A DNA stretch of 64,000 nt from Lama guanicoe (taxonomy: Eukaryota), in NCBI GenBank assembly GCA_013239625.1, contig MU054049.1, forward strand, positions 259,015 to 323,014, read 5' to 3'. Both the position numbers and the translations under genes were made by a program. Below, piece after piece: positions 26,141 to 38,229 of the stretch (the stretch's first letter is position 1; every line of letters starts with the position of its first letter). Under the pieces are notes generated by a model. That model was not told where the DNA came from, searched no databases, and saw nothing but the letters and a program-made list of their open reading frames with translations.

Positions 26141-27899
26141 CGGTAGGATCCAGCCCCAGCACCTTTGCTGAATATTCAAACCTCCTCCCATCACCCCTGC
26201 CCTTGCCCAAGGCAGAGAAAGAGAAGCACGTTTTGAGAAAAAGGGCACGGGGGAGGGCTGAGAGGGCACAGAATGTTCCTAGAACAGACAGAAGTTTAGC
26301 TTGACAGAGCTTAGGCTGTAAGACAGGAGAGGAGAGGAGAGAAATGTGGCCTCTGGGCAGAACAGAGCGTGGAGGGCCTGGTTCATCTAATTAGGGGTGG
26401 AAATCTTCTCAGAGAGGCAGGCATGAGCCCAAGGTGGATGGTAGACCAGGAGATGTGTGCACATATTTCCACCGTGAGAAGACTTCTGGGCAGCCGTGTG
26501 CAAGGTACATTGGTAGAGGAAGACGGCAGAGGATGCTCTTATCAGAGGTGGTGAAAGAAGACGTAAGGAGGTGAACTGGGCAGAGCTGGGGGAGGCAGCT
26601 GAAGAGAAGCACTGACCAGGATGGGAGGGTGGCATCCGTGCGGACTGCAGTGGACCCGGAAGCATCCCAAGCTGCTCTAGGATGTGGCCATGGGGTGAGC
26701 TTGGAGACCAAGGATGGGTGCCACTCTGTGACTATGGGAACCGTGAGAACTCTTCCACCATGGCTGTATCACACCGGGCCCCCATCCTGACCCTCTCCCT
26801 AAGGCACAGGAACCAATGTGACTTTGCTCGTAGGACGGGGGGCACCTCACCTTGACTGTTATGACACTTCACTCTGAAGTTTTCTGTCCCTGCTCACCCA
26901 TACCTGGCTCTTTCAGGGCCCTTTTAACTTCTTGCCTTCTTTTCTCACTGTGGATGCAGCCTGAGGGTAGCACTGGCCTCTGGACCTTCCTCTGCTGGGA
27001 AATTGATGATTTTAAGCCCGTCCAGTAGGGGCAGTGGGCTCAGCTTGCCCTGGTCTGCTCCCCTCCTCACCGGGCGGTCGTGGCCCCTCCCCTTCCTCTG
27101 ATCTCTCAACCCCCTGATTTTCTATGCCCTCTCCCGCCCCCTCCCCACTATGATTTTAGTGATGGTGCTTTTCTTCCCGCTCCTCAGCAGCTCCTGAAGT
27201 TCAGTAGGACCTCTTGGATGGAGCTGTTCTGCTCAGCCACTGGAGGGGAGAAGCCTTTGAGCACATCCAGGGACCTGCTGGGCCTTTCTGCAGAATATGG
27301 GTGATAAAGATGCTGGGTGAAGCGTTAGCCAGCACTCGGAACAGGAACTGGGCCACATGCCAACCCAAGCCCTTGCCAGAACCATGGCCAAGTGAACTTT
27401 CCAAGAGACAAATGACTGTCTGCAGCATAGTGCCTGCAGAAGCTTCTAGACCCACAGAGAGGGAGCTGAGTGAGGGGAGGGCCCCTGAGTGTGTCTGCAT
27501 CTGGGGTATGTGTGTGGCTGAGGCCACCATGGGTATGGCCAAAGGTCAACAGGACACAGAAAGGAGCCCGGATAGGGGGAGGGCTGCTTCACAATTGCAT
27601 GGGGACAAGGATGGGCTCCTTGGTGAGCGTAGCTCAGCCCACCTGGAGGGACACCTAAGTGCATCTGAGGGCACCAAAGGAGGACTGTCACAGCCTGAAC
27701 AGGTGCTCCTGCCTCCTCCAAAGGCCTAGCTCATCTGATCCCTGAATCCGGGATTCGCCCTCCTCCTTTCTCTCCGAGACTTGCGCTTTGGTAGAGCTCC
27801 TGTGTGTTCCACTGGGGTAACAGCAGACATCACTCCTCAGTCAGCCCCAGAGCAGGCCAGGAAAAGCCTCCCAGTGCCCCTGCGCAGTGCTCAGGTGAA

Positions 27900-28105
27900 A
27901 ACCCCAGTCACCTGCCACATTCATTACCCCAATCAGTTCCTCCGCTCAGATGTTCCAATCACTCACTCCAACCCTTACCCCAATCAGCTACTTCAATCAC
28001 CTGCCCCACCAGTCACTCCAGTCACTTACCCCAATCAGTTGCCCAAGTAAATTACTCCAATCATCCCAATCACCCACCACATTCAATTACCCCAATCAAT
28101 CAGTC
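27900..28105. repeat. Degenerate ~51-bp tandem array rich in CCAATCA
   Basis: TTACCCCAATCA starts at 27924, 27975, 28026 and 28087. Seven CCAATCA in total. Confidence 0.8.
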
Positions 28106-28264
28106 AGGCTTGGGCAAGAGCCATGGCCAGTGTACGTTCTCTAGTTCAAGTTTCCTTCTCTTCCACTGCACCCTGTTCTATGCCAGCTTCCCCTCCTTTC
28201 TCAGAGATCCAAGCTTTCTGGGAAGGCCACACTCAAAACGTGTGTGAATTAAGTCACCAGTCCC

Positions 28265-28720
28265 TGTTTATAGAGCATTTATTCATTTGACAACACCCTC
28301 TAACCTGCCATCTGCACCAGGCACTGTGCAGGGCCGGCAAAGGGAATGAAATGGAGATGAACAAGCCACGCTCTGTTCCTGTGGAGCCCCGGGGAAGGGA
28401 GAAGGTGCTTGCAGCTTCAGCCAAACATGAGTCACAGTAGAGGCACAGATATCCACTGTGGGGCTCCAGGAGATCAGATGGAATGTCATTGGGGAGGGGA
28501 TGTGGATTCAGGCCTGGGAGGAAGAATACACTCTTGCAGGCAGAAGTTGGAGACCCCAGGGGATTTGGAAGAGCGTGAACCAAAGCAGGGAGTCGGACAG
28601 TGCCAGATTCTTTGAGAAGCAGCTGGATGTAGACTTGGTTAAACACAGGGTAAGTCGATGTTGGAGAGAAAGGGGAGGTCATTCTGGACACAGACTGCAA
28701 ATGGCCTGGAAGGCTAAGCT
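28265..28720 (-). mobile_element. L2 fragment
   Basis: tttattcatttgacaaca ... caccaggcactgtgcaggg is the antisense L2 3' end. Confidence 0.6.
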
Positions 28721-30136
28721 GAGCTTGGCCTTTATTAATCAACAGGGGGAAAAGGGGATCACTTGGAGTGAGGCAGGGCAGAGCACAGGGCACTCCAGAG
28801 ACGGGCTCCGAGCCCCAGCACCTAAGCAGGCAGCCAAGGGTGTGGGTGGCAGACAGTCATGTGAGCATGGCAGGAAGTGCAAGGAGACCAGCCAGCAAAC
28901 AGGCAGCAGGGCCTCTTGGCATCCCTCCCTCTCCACCCCTGCAGCCGAGAGGAGACTCAGGGAGCTCCTTCCTGCCAGGAAGACTGGGCCAGGGGCTCTG
29001 TGGACCACTTTCCCCACAGACACTCACCCAACCATCAGCAGCTTCAGCTCTTTCTGATATATTCCAGAGCATCTCTGCTAAGAAAAAGGTGAGGCTTTCT
29101 CACTTCGGTTTTATTCTATATGTCCTCTCTGCCGTAATCACCTAAATTCATTCGAAAATGGCTAAACCTACAGCAAAGATGAGGAAGAGATACTTGCATC
29201 TTCTGAGCTGGTCCCTGAGCACATGGTTGGGTCCAAGGCCCATCCAGCCTCCAGCGCGCCCGACGAGCTGTCTGTGCGGTCTCTCTCCAGCCGAGAAGGG
29301 CACGTCCAGCCCGGGCAGGCCCAGCGGCAGCCCCACCACAGGGAGCCCTCTGCTCTTCACGCTCCACTGAGAGTTTTCAATTGACTGTAACATCCTTTTC
29401 AGAAATCCTCTTTGGCTTCAAAGCTACAGAAGATTGTTCTCCTTGGGGACTGCAGAGATGTTCAAAGTTTGCCTCCCAGAGATGACCGGAATTAGCTTGA
29501 AGTGTTTTTAAACGGGCATAATAACACTGCTATTGTCCTTGATTCTCAAATGCAAACATTAAAATCTTCAGACATAAAACGATCTTGAAAATCTCATAGA
29601 AATATAGTCTGTTTAGAGCTGAGGCCAAAAATTAAAAATCCCCTCCCCAGGAGGGTACTGGTCAGCTTAGAATGAGAGACACAGAAAGCACAGTGTGTGT
29701 AAGAAGATCATCAAAGCGCTGAGACAACTCCAGGTCTCTCGATCCAAAAGACCTCACAGACCTGAATATAGGAGAAGACTGGAAATGAATAAATGAATAA
29801 AATCTGTAACACAATTTCAAATGGTAGAGGAATATGACAAAGAATGGACTGAGGAGTGACAAGATTAAGGGGGGATGCTATTGTAGGGGAGCCAGGCAGG
29901 ACCCCCTGAGCAGGTGCTATAAGAGAAGAAACCAAATGGACAGGAAGGAAGGAGCAGTGCTAGAAGCTGAGGGACGAGGCTTCCAGCAGGAGGGTGGACT
30001 GTGCAATGGTCTTGAGGCAGGCGTGAGCTGGGCAGTTTGGGGAGTAACAGGCCATCCAATATGGCTGGAGGAAATGAGAAAGAGGGCGTGAGAGGAGAGG
30101 AGGTCTGGAGGGAGACAGAGTCCAGGGCTTTTAGGA

Positions 30137-30356
30137 CAGGAGCCAGGAAGCTGTCTCTGTAAAGGGTCAGCTAGATATGTAAGCTTTGTGGCCATTCAGC
30201 CTCTGTCATATCTCCCCAACTCTGCTGTTGGCTCAATGAAAGCAGCCACAGGTGGTGTGTAAATGAATAGGTGTGGCTGTGTGCCAATAAAACTTTATTG
30301 ACAAAGACAGGCGGTCTGCCAGATTTGGCCAGAGGACTGTAGTTTGCTGACCCTTG
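30137..30356. mobile_element. MER58A-like hAT-Charlie element
   Basis: ctgtaaagggtcag ... ggtgtggctgtgtgccaataaaactttatt ... tagtttgctgacccttg. Confidence 0.85.
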
Positions 30357-30582
30357 TCTTGGAACCTTGCCGGCCAGGGTGAGAACCTTGCCTTTTACTG
30401 CTCATGTGAGAGAAGCTATTTAGGATTTTAAGCCTAGGAGGAAAGTGACCCGATTGATGCTTTAGATCATTCTGTGTGTAACATGGAGAAGGGATTACGG
30501 GATAAGAGCAGAAGTAGGGGACCGATTTGAGGGCTGTTAAAGTTCTCTGTGCAAGAGAAAATGGAGACTGGATCTACAATGA

Positions 30583-30948
30583 TTGTGGCAGGGATGATGC
30601 TGCTCCCCTGCATCTCCAGGTCTCCCCTTGGGTCCATGGTAGGATTGCATCTTCCACCCCTGTGAAATTAGGCATGGACACGTGGTTTACTTCAATCAAT
30701 AAATGTGACGAGTCAACATCTCTAAGCACTTGCACACACCTTGCTCTTTCTTTGCATACCGTGGTAACATTACAAATTCTAGAAACTCTGTCAACCTGGG
30801 TCCTTGAATGAGGACAACATGGAGCAGAACCCCTCATTGACCAGCAACGTAATGTGAAGCAAGAGCAAAACTTTTGTTATTTTAAGTCACAGAGAGTTAG
30901 GGCCTGTTTGTCACTGAGGCATACCTTAGCTCATTCTGACTGATAACA
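30583..30948 (+). mobile_element. MaLR solo LTR (MLT1I/J-like)
   Basis: tgtggcag ... aaacttttgttattttaagtcacagagagttagggcctgtttgtcac ... ctgactgataaca. Confidence 0.75.
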
Positions 30949-31189
30949 GTAGTAAGTTGGGAAATAAGCCAAGTGGCTATGCTGAGGGGAAATTTTCAAG
31001 GTAAAATTTATGAGACTTGCTGATAAATTAGTTACAGGCTGTTTGCAAATAAAAGAACTAAAGGATGACTCCTAGGGAGTTTGGTCTGAGCAAATTGGGT
31101 AAAAGATGGCACCATTTAATGAGAAACAGAAGGCTTGGGGAGGAGTGGGGAGTCTAGTGTAAGACTGGCCAGGTTTAAATAATAGTTCA

Positions 31190-31400
31190 CCACTAACCAG
31201 CTTTGTAAGTTGAGCGACTTACCCAGCCTTTCCACGGTGAGTTTTCTCATCTGTACAGTAGGGATAAAAATAGTATTTACTTTATAGGTTTGTGAGAGGG
31301 ATGTGTGGAGATGGCTCACACGAACCACTTAGTCTAGACCCTGGCACAAAGAAACTCCAAAATGCATGTTAGCTATTGTCATCACCGCCACCACCACCGT
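31190..31400 (+). mobile_element. MIR
   Basis: gagttttctcatctgtacagtagggataaaaatagta ... cctggcaca ... atgttagctatt. Confidence 0.75.
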
Positions 31401-31845
31401 TATTGTTATTATAATCAGTATCTTAAGAGCTTGTTTATTTTGAGTCAACCCCATGTGCTCAGTCAGTTCCAGGTACCCTGAGAAGTCAAATTTCTGTACC
31501 TGCCCTGAGGCCAAAAACAGCCCAGCCTGGCCTGGCCTTCCCTGGTCCTTCCTCCAGACAGTTCAAGCCCAGACACTAGCCAGCCCGCTGTCTGGCTCCC
31601 GCTCTCTGGCTCAACTTCAAATGGCTGTTGGTTGCTGATCATCTACAGGAGACCTGGCCTTGCTTCCGCCTGCTTTGTCCAAGTCCAGATGGCCTGAGCA
31701 GACCAGCCAGGGGCAGGACTCCTACTCCCACAGTGAATCCAGACTGCGAACAATGCTGGCTGGCATGACTCTGGCACTGTCTTCCCTTTATCCTGGACTG
31801 CCCCTGTCAGGGGGGTGAGGGGGGGCAGGTGGAATCACAATAGAA

Positions 31846-31865
31846 GTTCTAGAAAGTTCTAGAAT
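31846..31865. promoter_or_regulatory. Perfect four-unit heat-shock element motif
   Basis: gTTCtaGAAagTTCtaGAAt consists of alternating nTTCn/nGAAn pentamers. Function is untested. Confidence 0.5.
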
Positions 31866-31910
31866 AACATCACTCAGGAGTTGCAGCTACTTGGTCATGA
31901 AGAGGAGTGA

Positions 31911-32260
31911 CTCTCTTTTGCATCCAATTGTTTATTGTTTATACCATCACTTGTATGAATTTTTTTTAGATTTCACGTATAAGTGATACCATACCGTATT
32001 TGTCTTTCTTGGACTTATTTCACTAAGCATAAGAGGCAAGCAGAGAGGGACAAATTAAGGGTATGAGTTGAACAGATAACGAACTACTACGTACAAAATA
32101 GATAAGCAACAAGGATACACTGTATCCTTGGCAATTATAGCCATTATCTTGGAATAACCTGTAATGGAGTATAATCTGCAAAAAGACTGAATTGCCATGC
32201 TGTCCACTTGAAACTAACACAGCACTGTAAATTAATAATAAGTTAAATTCAATTTGAAAA
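31911..32260 (+). mobile_element. Truncated L1 with a 5' inversion (twin priming)
   Basis: TSD AAGAGGAGTGA (31900-31910, 32261-32271). Segment 31911-~32032 is antisense L1 and the rest is the sense 3' end. Confidence 0.85.
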
Positions 32261-32355
32261 AAGAGGAGTGAGAACATGAGCACAGCCTTTGTGCATTGGT
32301 CCACAGCCTGAATTAAATGGTTACTTTTCCAGGTCAGAGTGGCACATTCGGGTTT

Positions 32356-32748
32356 TGTAGCAGAGGTTGTGATGCACCCAGCGCCCCCCACCTTTTCAAG
32401 ACCAGATCCCTATTCCCCCAGCTGCCAGCAGTGTTGGCTACGACAGCTGGAAACTCAGGTGATGGCCACGTCCGCTCCTAGAGAGGATATTCAGTGACTG
32501 GTCAGCACAGGGATAGAAAAGTCCAGCCCCCTCACCCCCTATTCCGCAGGTCATGTTGACTGTGCCATGTGCCCTGTGTGAGTGGCTGAGGCACCAGCTG
32601 GAACCACCTTGTGATCCAACTTCCGTCTCTGCCCAAGTCTGTTTCCATAACCCTTCACATGTGCTGTTCTGGACAGCACTCCCAGTAAATTTCCTGCAAA
32701 CGAATCTTAGACTCTGAGCCTGCTTCCCAGAGAGTTCTACCCATGGCA
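32356..32748 (+). mobile_element. ERVL solo LTR (LTR16-like)
   Basis: tgtagcaga ... gcactcccagtaaatttcctgcaaacgaatcttagactctgagcctgcttcccagagag ... ca. Confidence 0.75.
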
Positions 32749-33429
32749 GGCTGTTCCCGACACACATGGGAAGAACCTAGATCAAAGTGGTGTGTAATGT
32801 TCTGTCTCACCGGGAAGGGAGTCAGGTCTTTTATCATTTGAAAGCAGACATATTTAGAAGAGAAGAGAAAAATTCTCAAGTGCTACTTTGGCTACTAGAT
32901 ACAATTCTTTCTCTGGAGGTGCTGATGTCTCGGGAAAATTCAGTGTCTCGATGTTTCTCAGATGGTTGCAGTCCCAGAAGGAAGACTCACTGCCTGTGGG
33001 TCTGTCTGCTGTCATGTTGGCAGGTGCAGGTGGACTTGTGCTCCCCCTTTCCCTCTAGATGTGCAGGAAAATCTGAGATCGATTTACAGAAGGTGTGTGT
33101 GAGCCTCTTGCATTTTGTGCAAAAGTATTTTAAAAAATTAGTTTCAGAGGTATTTAAATACTGTCTTTCCATCTTGAAAAAATCAAATCAAATCCTATAG
33201 ATCTGAATGTGTATTTGAATACGCTGATAACCTGGGAAAGGCTGGCCTGGAAGTAAAAAGAGAAGAGATTGTTAACTTATCCTGTGATAGACCTCTGTGG
33301 TGACTGGTTTGCCACATTAGGATGCACTTTTTGTCACGAAAAAGTTTTTAGAAAGCTACATTTAAAAAGAGAATACGAAAAAGAAAAAGAAAACAAACAA
33401 ACAAAAGCTAAATGAAAAAATCATAAAAG

Positions 33430-33720
33430 TATTAGGGGGAAAAAAGAGATTATTTTTACAACTTTAGGGTGTGGGGTTCCCTTCCCCAGGAAGGAAGATT
33501 CAACACCCAGAAGCCATAAAGGAAACAACTGGCTGATGACTCTCACAAAAATTAAAAACTTCCGTAGATCAAAACACATAATAAAGTTTTTTTAAAAAAA
33601 GGGAGCATTTGGAATTTTCTAACAAGCCAAGGATTTATAGGCAAAAATGGCTCTTACAAATCACACACACACACACACAAAACAATCCAATGGAAAAATA
33701 GGTAAAAAATTGGAGGAGAC
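33430..33720 (+). mobile_element. Decayed L1ME ORF2 fragment
   Basis: acccagaagccataaaggaaa .. aaaattaaaaacttc .. aacaatccaatggaaaaatagg. Confidence 0.6.
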
Positions 33721-33761
33721 CATGGAGATGAAGACAGTGGATGTTGGATATTAGAGATCTT

Positions 33762-33875
33762 AAAAAAAAATTCAAGTATAGTTGATTTCAATATTGTGTT
33801 AGTTTCAGGCATACAGCAAAGTGATTTGGTTATACATATATATGTATGTGTCTGCAGTCTTTTTTTTTTTTTTTA
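33762..33875 (-). mobile_element. Very short L1 3' end
   Basis: aagtatagttgatttcaatattgtgttagtttcaggcatacagcaaagtgatt. Confidence 0.75.
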
Positions 33876-34129
33876 TTCTGGGCACTCTTTCAATCTTGGT
33901 TTGTGTGAAGACCCCAAAGGTCAAGCACAATACAGTAGATGCCAACTAGCCTAAATTTCAGCTGGATTCAAGGCCTGCTGAAAGGATTTTCTAATCACCC
34001 ACGTCCCAGCCATGTGAGAGGCAGAGATGACAGGGCAGCTGGTCCCGGGCTGGTAGGGGTGGGGCAGGACAGGCTGGGAGGCGTTGCCAGAAGGGAACAA
34101 GCAAAGGAAGGAACCACGGGCTCCCCAGC

Positions 34130-36390
34130 ACCTCGAACAACCTTAGCTTATTAATCTATACTCTCCTGAGAGTTTACTAAGTAACAGGAAAGGAGGAAAA
34201 ATCAGGAAAAATCTTCCACAAAGAAAATGCAGAAGAAGCAACAGAGACAAAATCTTGGAACCTGGAAAGCAGATGCATGAGTGGTCACGATGGAGCCCAT
34301 CTGAGAAGCCTGAAGGCTGAGCAGGTGGCAGGGGAAGCCTGGAATAAGCAGAGTTTTCCAGAAAGGGGCAGGGATTGCCAGTGACAGTATTTCTGCAAGC
34401 AGCAGTGTGGGTGGAGCTGAAAACGGAGGAGAAGTTAAAAATTCGTTTGAGAATGTTTTGGCCCACAGTCCCTTGCCCCAGTTTGTACAGGTGAAAAACT
34501 ACTTCCCCATCATCCTGGCAGAAGACGAGGGAACCAGAGGGTTCTGAACTCAGAAACCACGGGCACAGATGCAGGTGAGGGCAGCAGGCTGACCACGGGG
34601 ATGACAGTCAACATGCTGAATGCTGAAGCCCCTGCCCTACACCTCCCTCGGCCCTAGAACCAGGAACCAAGCAGGATTTAGGATGACTTTTCTCTGGGGA
34701 TACTGGCCAGGCCAATAGAATCTGTGCAGACACTGGCAGTTCAGGGAATCCCCAGTAAAACGGTCCAGTCTTTCTCCAACAAAGCCCCACTCAGACACCC
34801 AGAGCTTCCAGTGTGTGTCTAAGAGCCTCAGTGGTTACATCAAGTCAGAGGTGGAAACTATCAAAGAGGGAAAAATGAACTTAGAGGGAACAGAGACATC
34901 TAAAAAAGTATGGGAGGAAAGACATATATAAGTTTATATATGTATAAAATATATATAAATAGTATACAGATATAAAAATATATATATACATATATATATG
35001 TATATATATATATAACAGGTGCTATCTCCAGAAAAAAAGAAGACACTACATGCATCCATGAAATGAGTGAGTTGGTTGCTTAAAAAAATAATAACAAAGT
35101 AAGTTTTAAAACAATCATTCAGAATTTTTAATGTATTTTTGGAAATTAAAATGGCAGCTATCCAAAACCATGGCATACAAGAAGCTTCAGCCGAAAGATT
35201 AAGCGCTTTCTTCCAAAAGACAGAATGCAAACAAAGAGATGAAACTTAGGAGAGAAAAATTAGGCTCTAGAGAATCAGCTCAGGAGGTCCCGAACTGGAA
35301 AACAGAAAGCTTTAGAAACCAGAACAGAGGAAACAGATTGGGGGAGGGGAAGGAAGGGTAGAAAATAAAGAGAATATTTACCAGGTTGGGAGTAGCAATC
35401 ATGATCCTCCAGGTTGAAAATCCCCGAGTGAGTGGGACCCACACCTGAGCACCCCAAGGATAGAAAGAAAATTCTGAAGGATTTCAGAGAGGAAGCTGAT
35501 TTTATGTGAAGGAAAGTGATGAGACAGCATCTGACTTCTCAACAGCAGCCGGAAGGCAGTGAGCAAAGCTTGAAAGTCTGAGGGTCAAGAATCTCCAACC
35601 CAGCTGCCAATCAAATGTGAGGGTGGAATGGCTCATGTTCGCACATACATACGAGCTCTCCAAATCCCGTCCTAACACAAACATTTCTCAGGGAGCGACT
35701 GGAAGATTCGTTCACCAAAACAAGGGAGAAAATCGAGGGGACATTAGATTCAGCAAACAGGGACCCAGCTTGGGGAAGTCAAAGGGGTCTCCAGGACCCC
35801 AAAATCATGGAGATGGGGGCAGCAGGGCAGGGAGCGGCCAGTGAATCTACACACAGAGCAGGGAGAGACTCCTTCGGCCCAAAGTCTAGGGACGATTAGC
35901 GATGAAACACTAAACAAAGGGAAAACTTGGCAACTCTTTATTCCAAGCAAAACAAAAAGCTGTACAAGATAGGAAATGTGCTCTACGTGGTTTAGCTGTG
36001 AATAACATGAACATAGTCATAACTACGTAAATGCCGAGTTATTGATTTGGCCAAAAATGACACTGTAACTACCGTGACGGGGGTGGGGGCATGGAGAGAG
36101 GGCGCGTAGGCAGGGGGGAGGATGGTTTCAGAGAGCTAAGTCCTCCTCTTCCATTGAGGAATTCATGAAATAACATTTCAACTGGAAAATCAAGAAATGG
36201 CAGTCTAAGCAGGTTATTTTAAAGTCAGGAGGAAAACAGAGAAGAATCAGCAAGAAGAATTCAGAGTGGTGGCCTCTGGGGAGTGAGGATCAGGAGAGGG
36301 GAAGGGGAATGCTGGTTTTCATTATAAGCCTTGCAGAATCATTTGACTTTTAAAACTGTGTACGTGGACGACTTTGATAAACATACATTT
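34130..36390 (+). mobile_element. Near full-length HAL1 (ORF1-only L1 derivative), decayed
   Basis: 5' text aaaatcttggaacctggaaagcagatg. ORF1-like middle (gagacagcatctgacttctcaacagcagc). HAL1-type 3' end (aaaagctgtacaag ... gtggtggcctctgggga ... tttgacttttaaaactgtg). No ORF2 sequence seen. Confidence 0.7.
34922..35015. repeat. Imperfect (TA)n microsatellite
   Basis: TA-rich run inside HAL1. Confidence 0.9.
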
Positions 36391-37597
36391 TTAAGGGGGA
36401 AAAAAAACCTACCAAAGAAACAACAAGGAAATGATTAAATGGGTGAAGTCAGCACATTTCAAACTTTTTCACCCACAGATCTCCAAAGAGTGAATAAGTA
36501 ATTTGGGGCATTTGGGACACAGACCAAAAGGGAGCTGAAATCCAGAAAATTCTTTGAAGTCTTGCTTATTAGCCTTGAAATTTATGCACAAGTTTCTCCC
36601 TCATGATACATCCCTGTTAACTTTTATAACCTGTTTTTTATTTTTCTGTTCTCCTTTCTCCTTCTCCTCTTGGGTCAGGCACACACCAGGCTAGGATGAC
36701 AGAAAAGGACTCACTGTTAGCATAATAAGGTCCAGGGGTGCCTGGAGGATCGTTCATCGAGGAAGGTGAAATGTCTGATCATCTTTCCGTTGCTCCAGCA
36801 AGTGCTGCTAAGGCCCCCTGTCCCGTCTGCCCCACCCCAGGGTCCAGGCTTGGTACCTTTCAGCAGGGAATTGGGGGAGCTGAAGGACTGACTCCCAGCA
36901 GGAGGCTGGGATGGGACCCTCCTGGCGGGGAGCAGAGGGAGACAAGGCCATGGAGGGGAAGGCGGAATGGAGTTCAAGGAGGAAAAGGCATCTCCATCTC
37001 AGCACTGGGGAGACCACCAGCCTAGGGCTGAGACTCAGGCTCCACTGCAGTGGGAGATCCTGGGAAGGAAGACTTCATGGGATGGAGTGGAGAAGCCCAA
37101 CCCCAGCCCCCGCCTCCTCCTGTGAATCCTGCCACCAGTGAAATGCAACAACTCAAAGCAGACATGCTCGCTGTGGGTCTCTCCATATACAACGGGGATT
37201 TCAACAATAAACCATGTCTTCAATTTGTTACCTTTGCCGGTAACCGATGTGCAAAGTTTACCCTGAGGCTCAGGGTCCCTGGGGTTCTCCCAAAGATCCC
37301 AGAGCGCCAGCGCTGCCTGGCAGAGCAGCATGGACACCCAGAGCAGGGAAATGTGAGATCAAGCCGGGGGCATAACAGCGCGGTTGGCAGAATAATTGAT
37401 GAGATGTGACATTTGTCGGTTCTCTCTCTGTCCCCTCTCCTGTGTAGGCTTGAAGTCGGCCTTCACACTCCCTCCTTGTTGCTGCAACAGGACAGGAAGT
37501 GGAAGCCACCCAGAGATCACCCCTGTCCCTGACCTGTGATCTTCAAAAACCCGACCGTGTGATGGATGCTAGGAGGAAAGGCATTTGCTGCCAGAGC

Positions 37598-38229
37598 TGT
37601 GAGGGAAAGAGAAGGGATTGACTGGGGTGCCAGAAGTCCAGAGGTCCCTAGAGGAGAGGAGATCATTCCCGGTTTGACGCCAGTCCCACAGGAAAGTGAC
37701 AGTGAGGTGGGAAGCCCCATGAAAAAGATGGCAGGACCCCCAGGCAGGGCCACTACTCTCCTGCCAGCACCATTTGGTTCCCTGGCCCAGTAGCATTATC
37801 TCACTTTTTAACTCTGAAACGGCTTGCTTCTAGGAAAGCAGAACTTACCCCTAAGGTTCTGTTGGTTCCCTGAGCTCACTCTAGATCGGTCCATTTGTAG
37901 CACCTCATTTGCATGGGGCTCACTCCTGATTGGTCCACTTCTGTCACTCCTGATTGGCCCTTTTCTACAAAGCTCATTCTTAATTAGTCAACTTTTGTTA
38001 CCCCTTATTTGCATATGATGCTGCAAAGTCTAGACTGGCAGCCTATAAAAGCCTGTGTAAGCCTGTAGACGGGGTCCAGAGCTTGGGGTGTTAACTCCTC
38101 TAGGCCCACTGGTGTAATAAACCTGAGTTCTCCAACTCTCCAAGTGCTGCTTGCTCTCTTGCCTGGATCCAGGTTGCTGTCACAACTGAGCTGTAGCACT
38201 GAGCTGTAACACACTTTGCTGCAACAACA
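37598..38229 (+). mobile_element. ERV1-type solo LTR with intact promoter architecture
   Basis: ATTTGCAT at 37907 and 38007, ATTGG at 37929 and 37953, TATAAAA 38044-38050, AATAAA 38116-38121. TG...CA ends with candidate TSD GAGC/GGGC. The 5' edge is uncertain. Confidence 0.75.

Larger units (their letters stand above)
29780..31170 (-). mobile_element. L2 interrupted by MER58 and MLT1
   Basis: Purine-rich antisense L2 text: ggattttaagcctagg .. gatgctttagatcattctg, and aaaggatgactcctagggagtttggtctgagcaaattggg. Confidence 0.7.

Noticed and set aside
27021..27035. CTCF-like CCAGTAGGGGCAG; similar strings at 47703 and 50123
   Set aside because: One G short of the core spacing.
27900..28105. CRISPR-like repeat-spacer periodicity
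   Set aside because: Mammalian context, the repeat is only 12 bp, the spacers are self-similar low-complexity sequence, and there are no cas genes.
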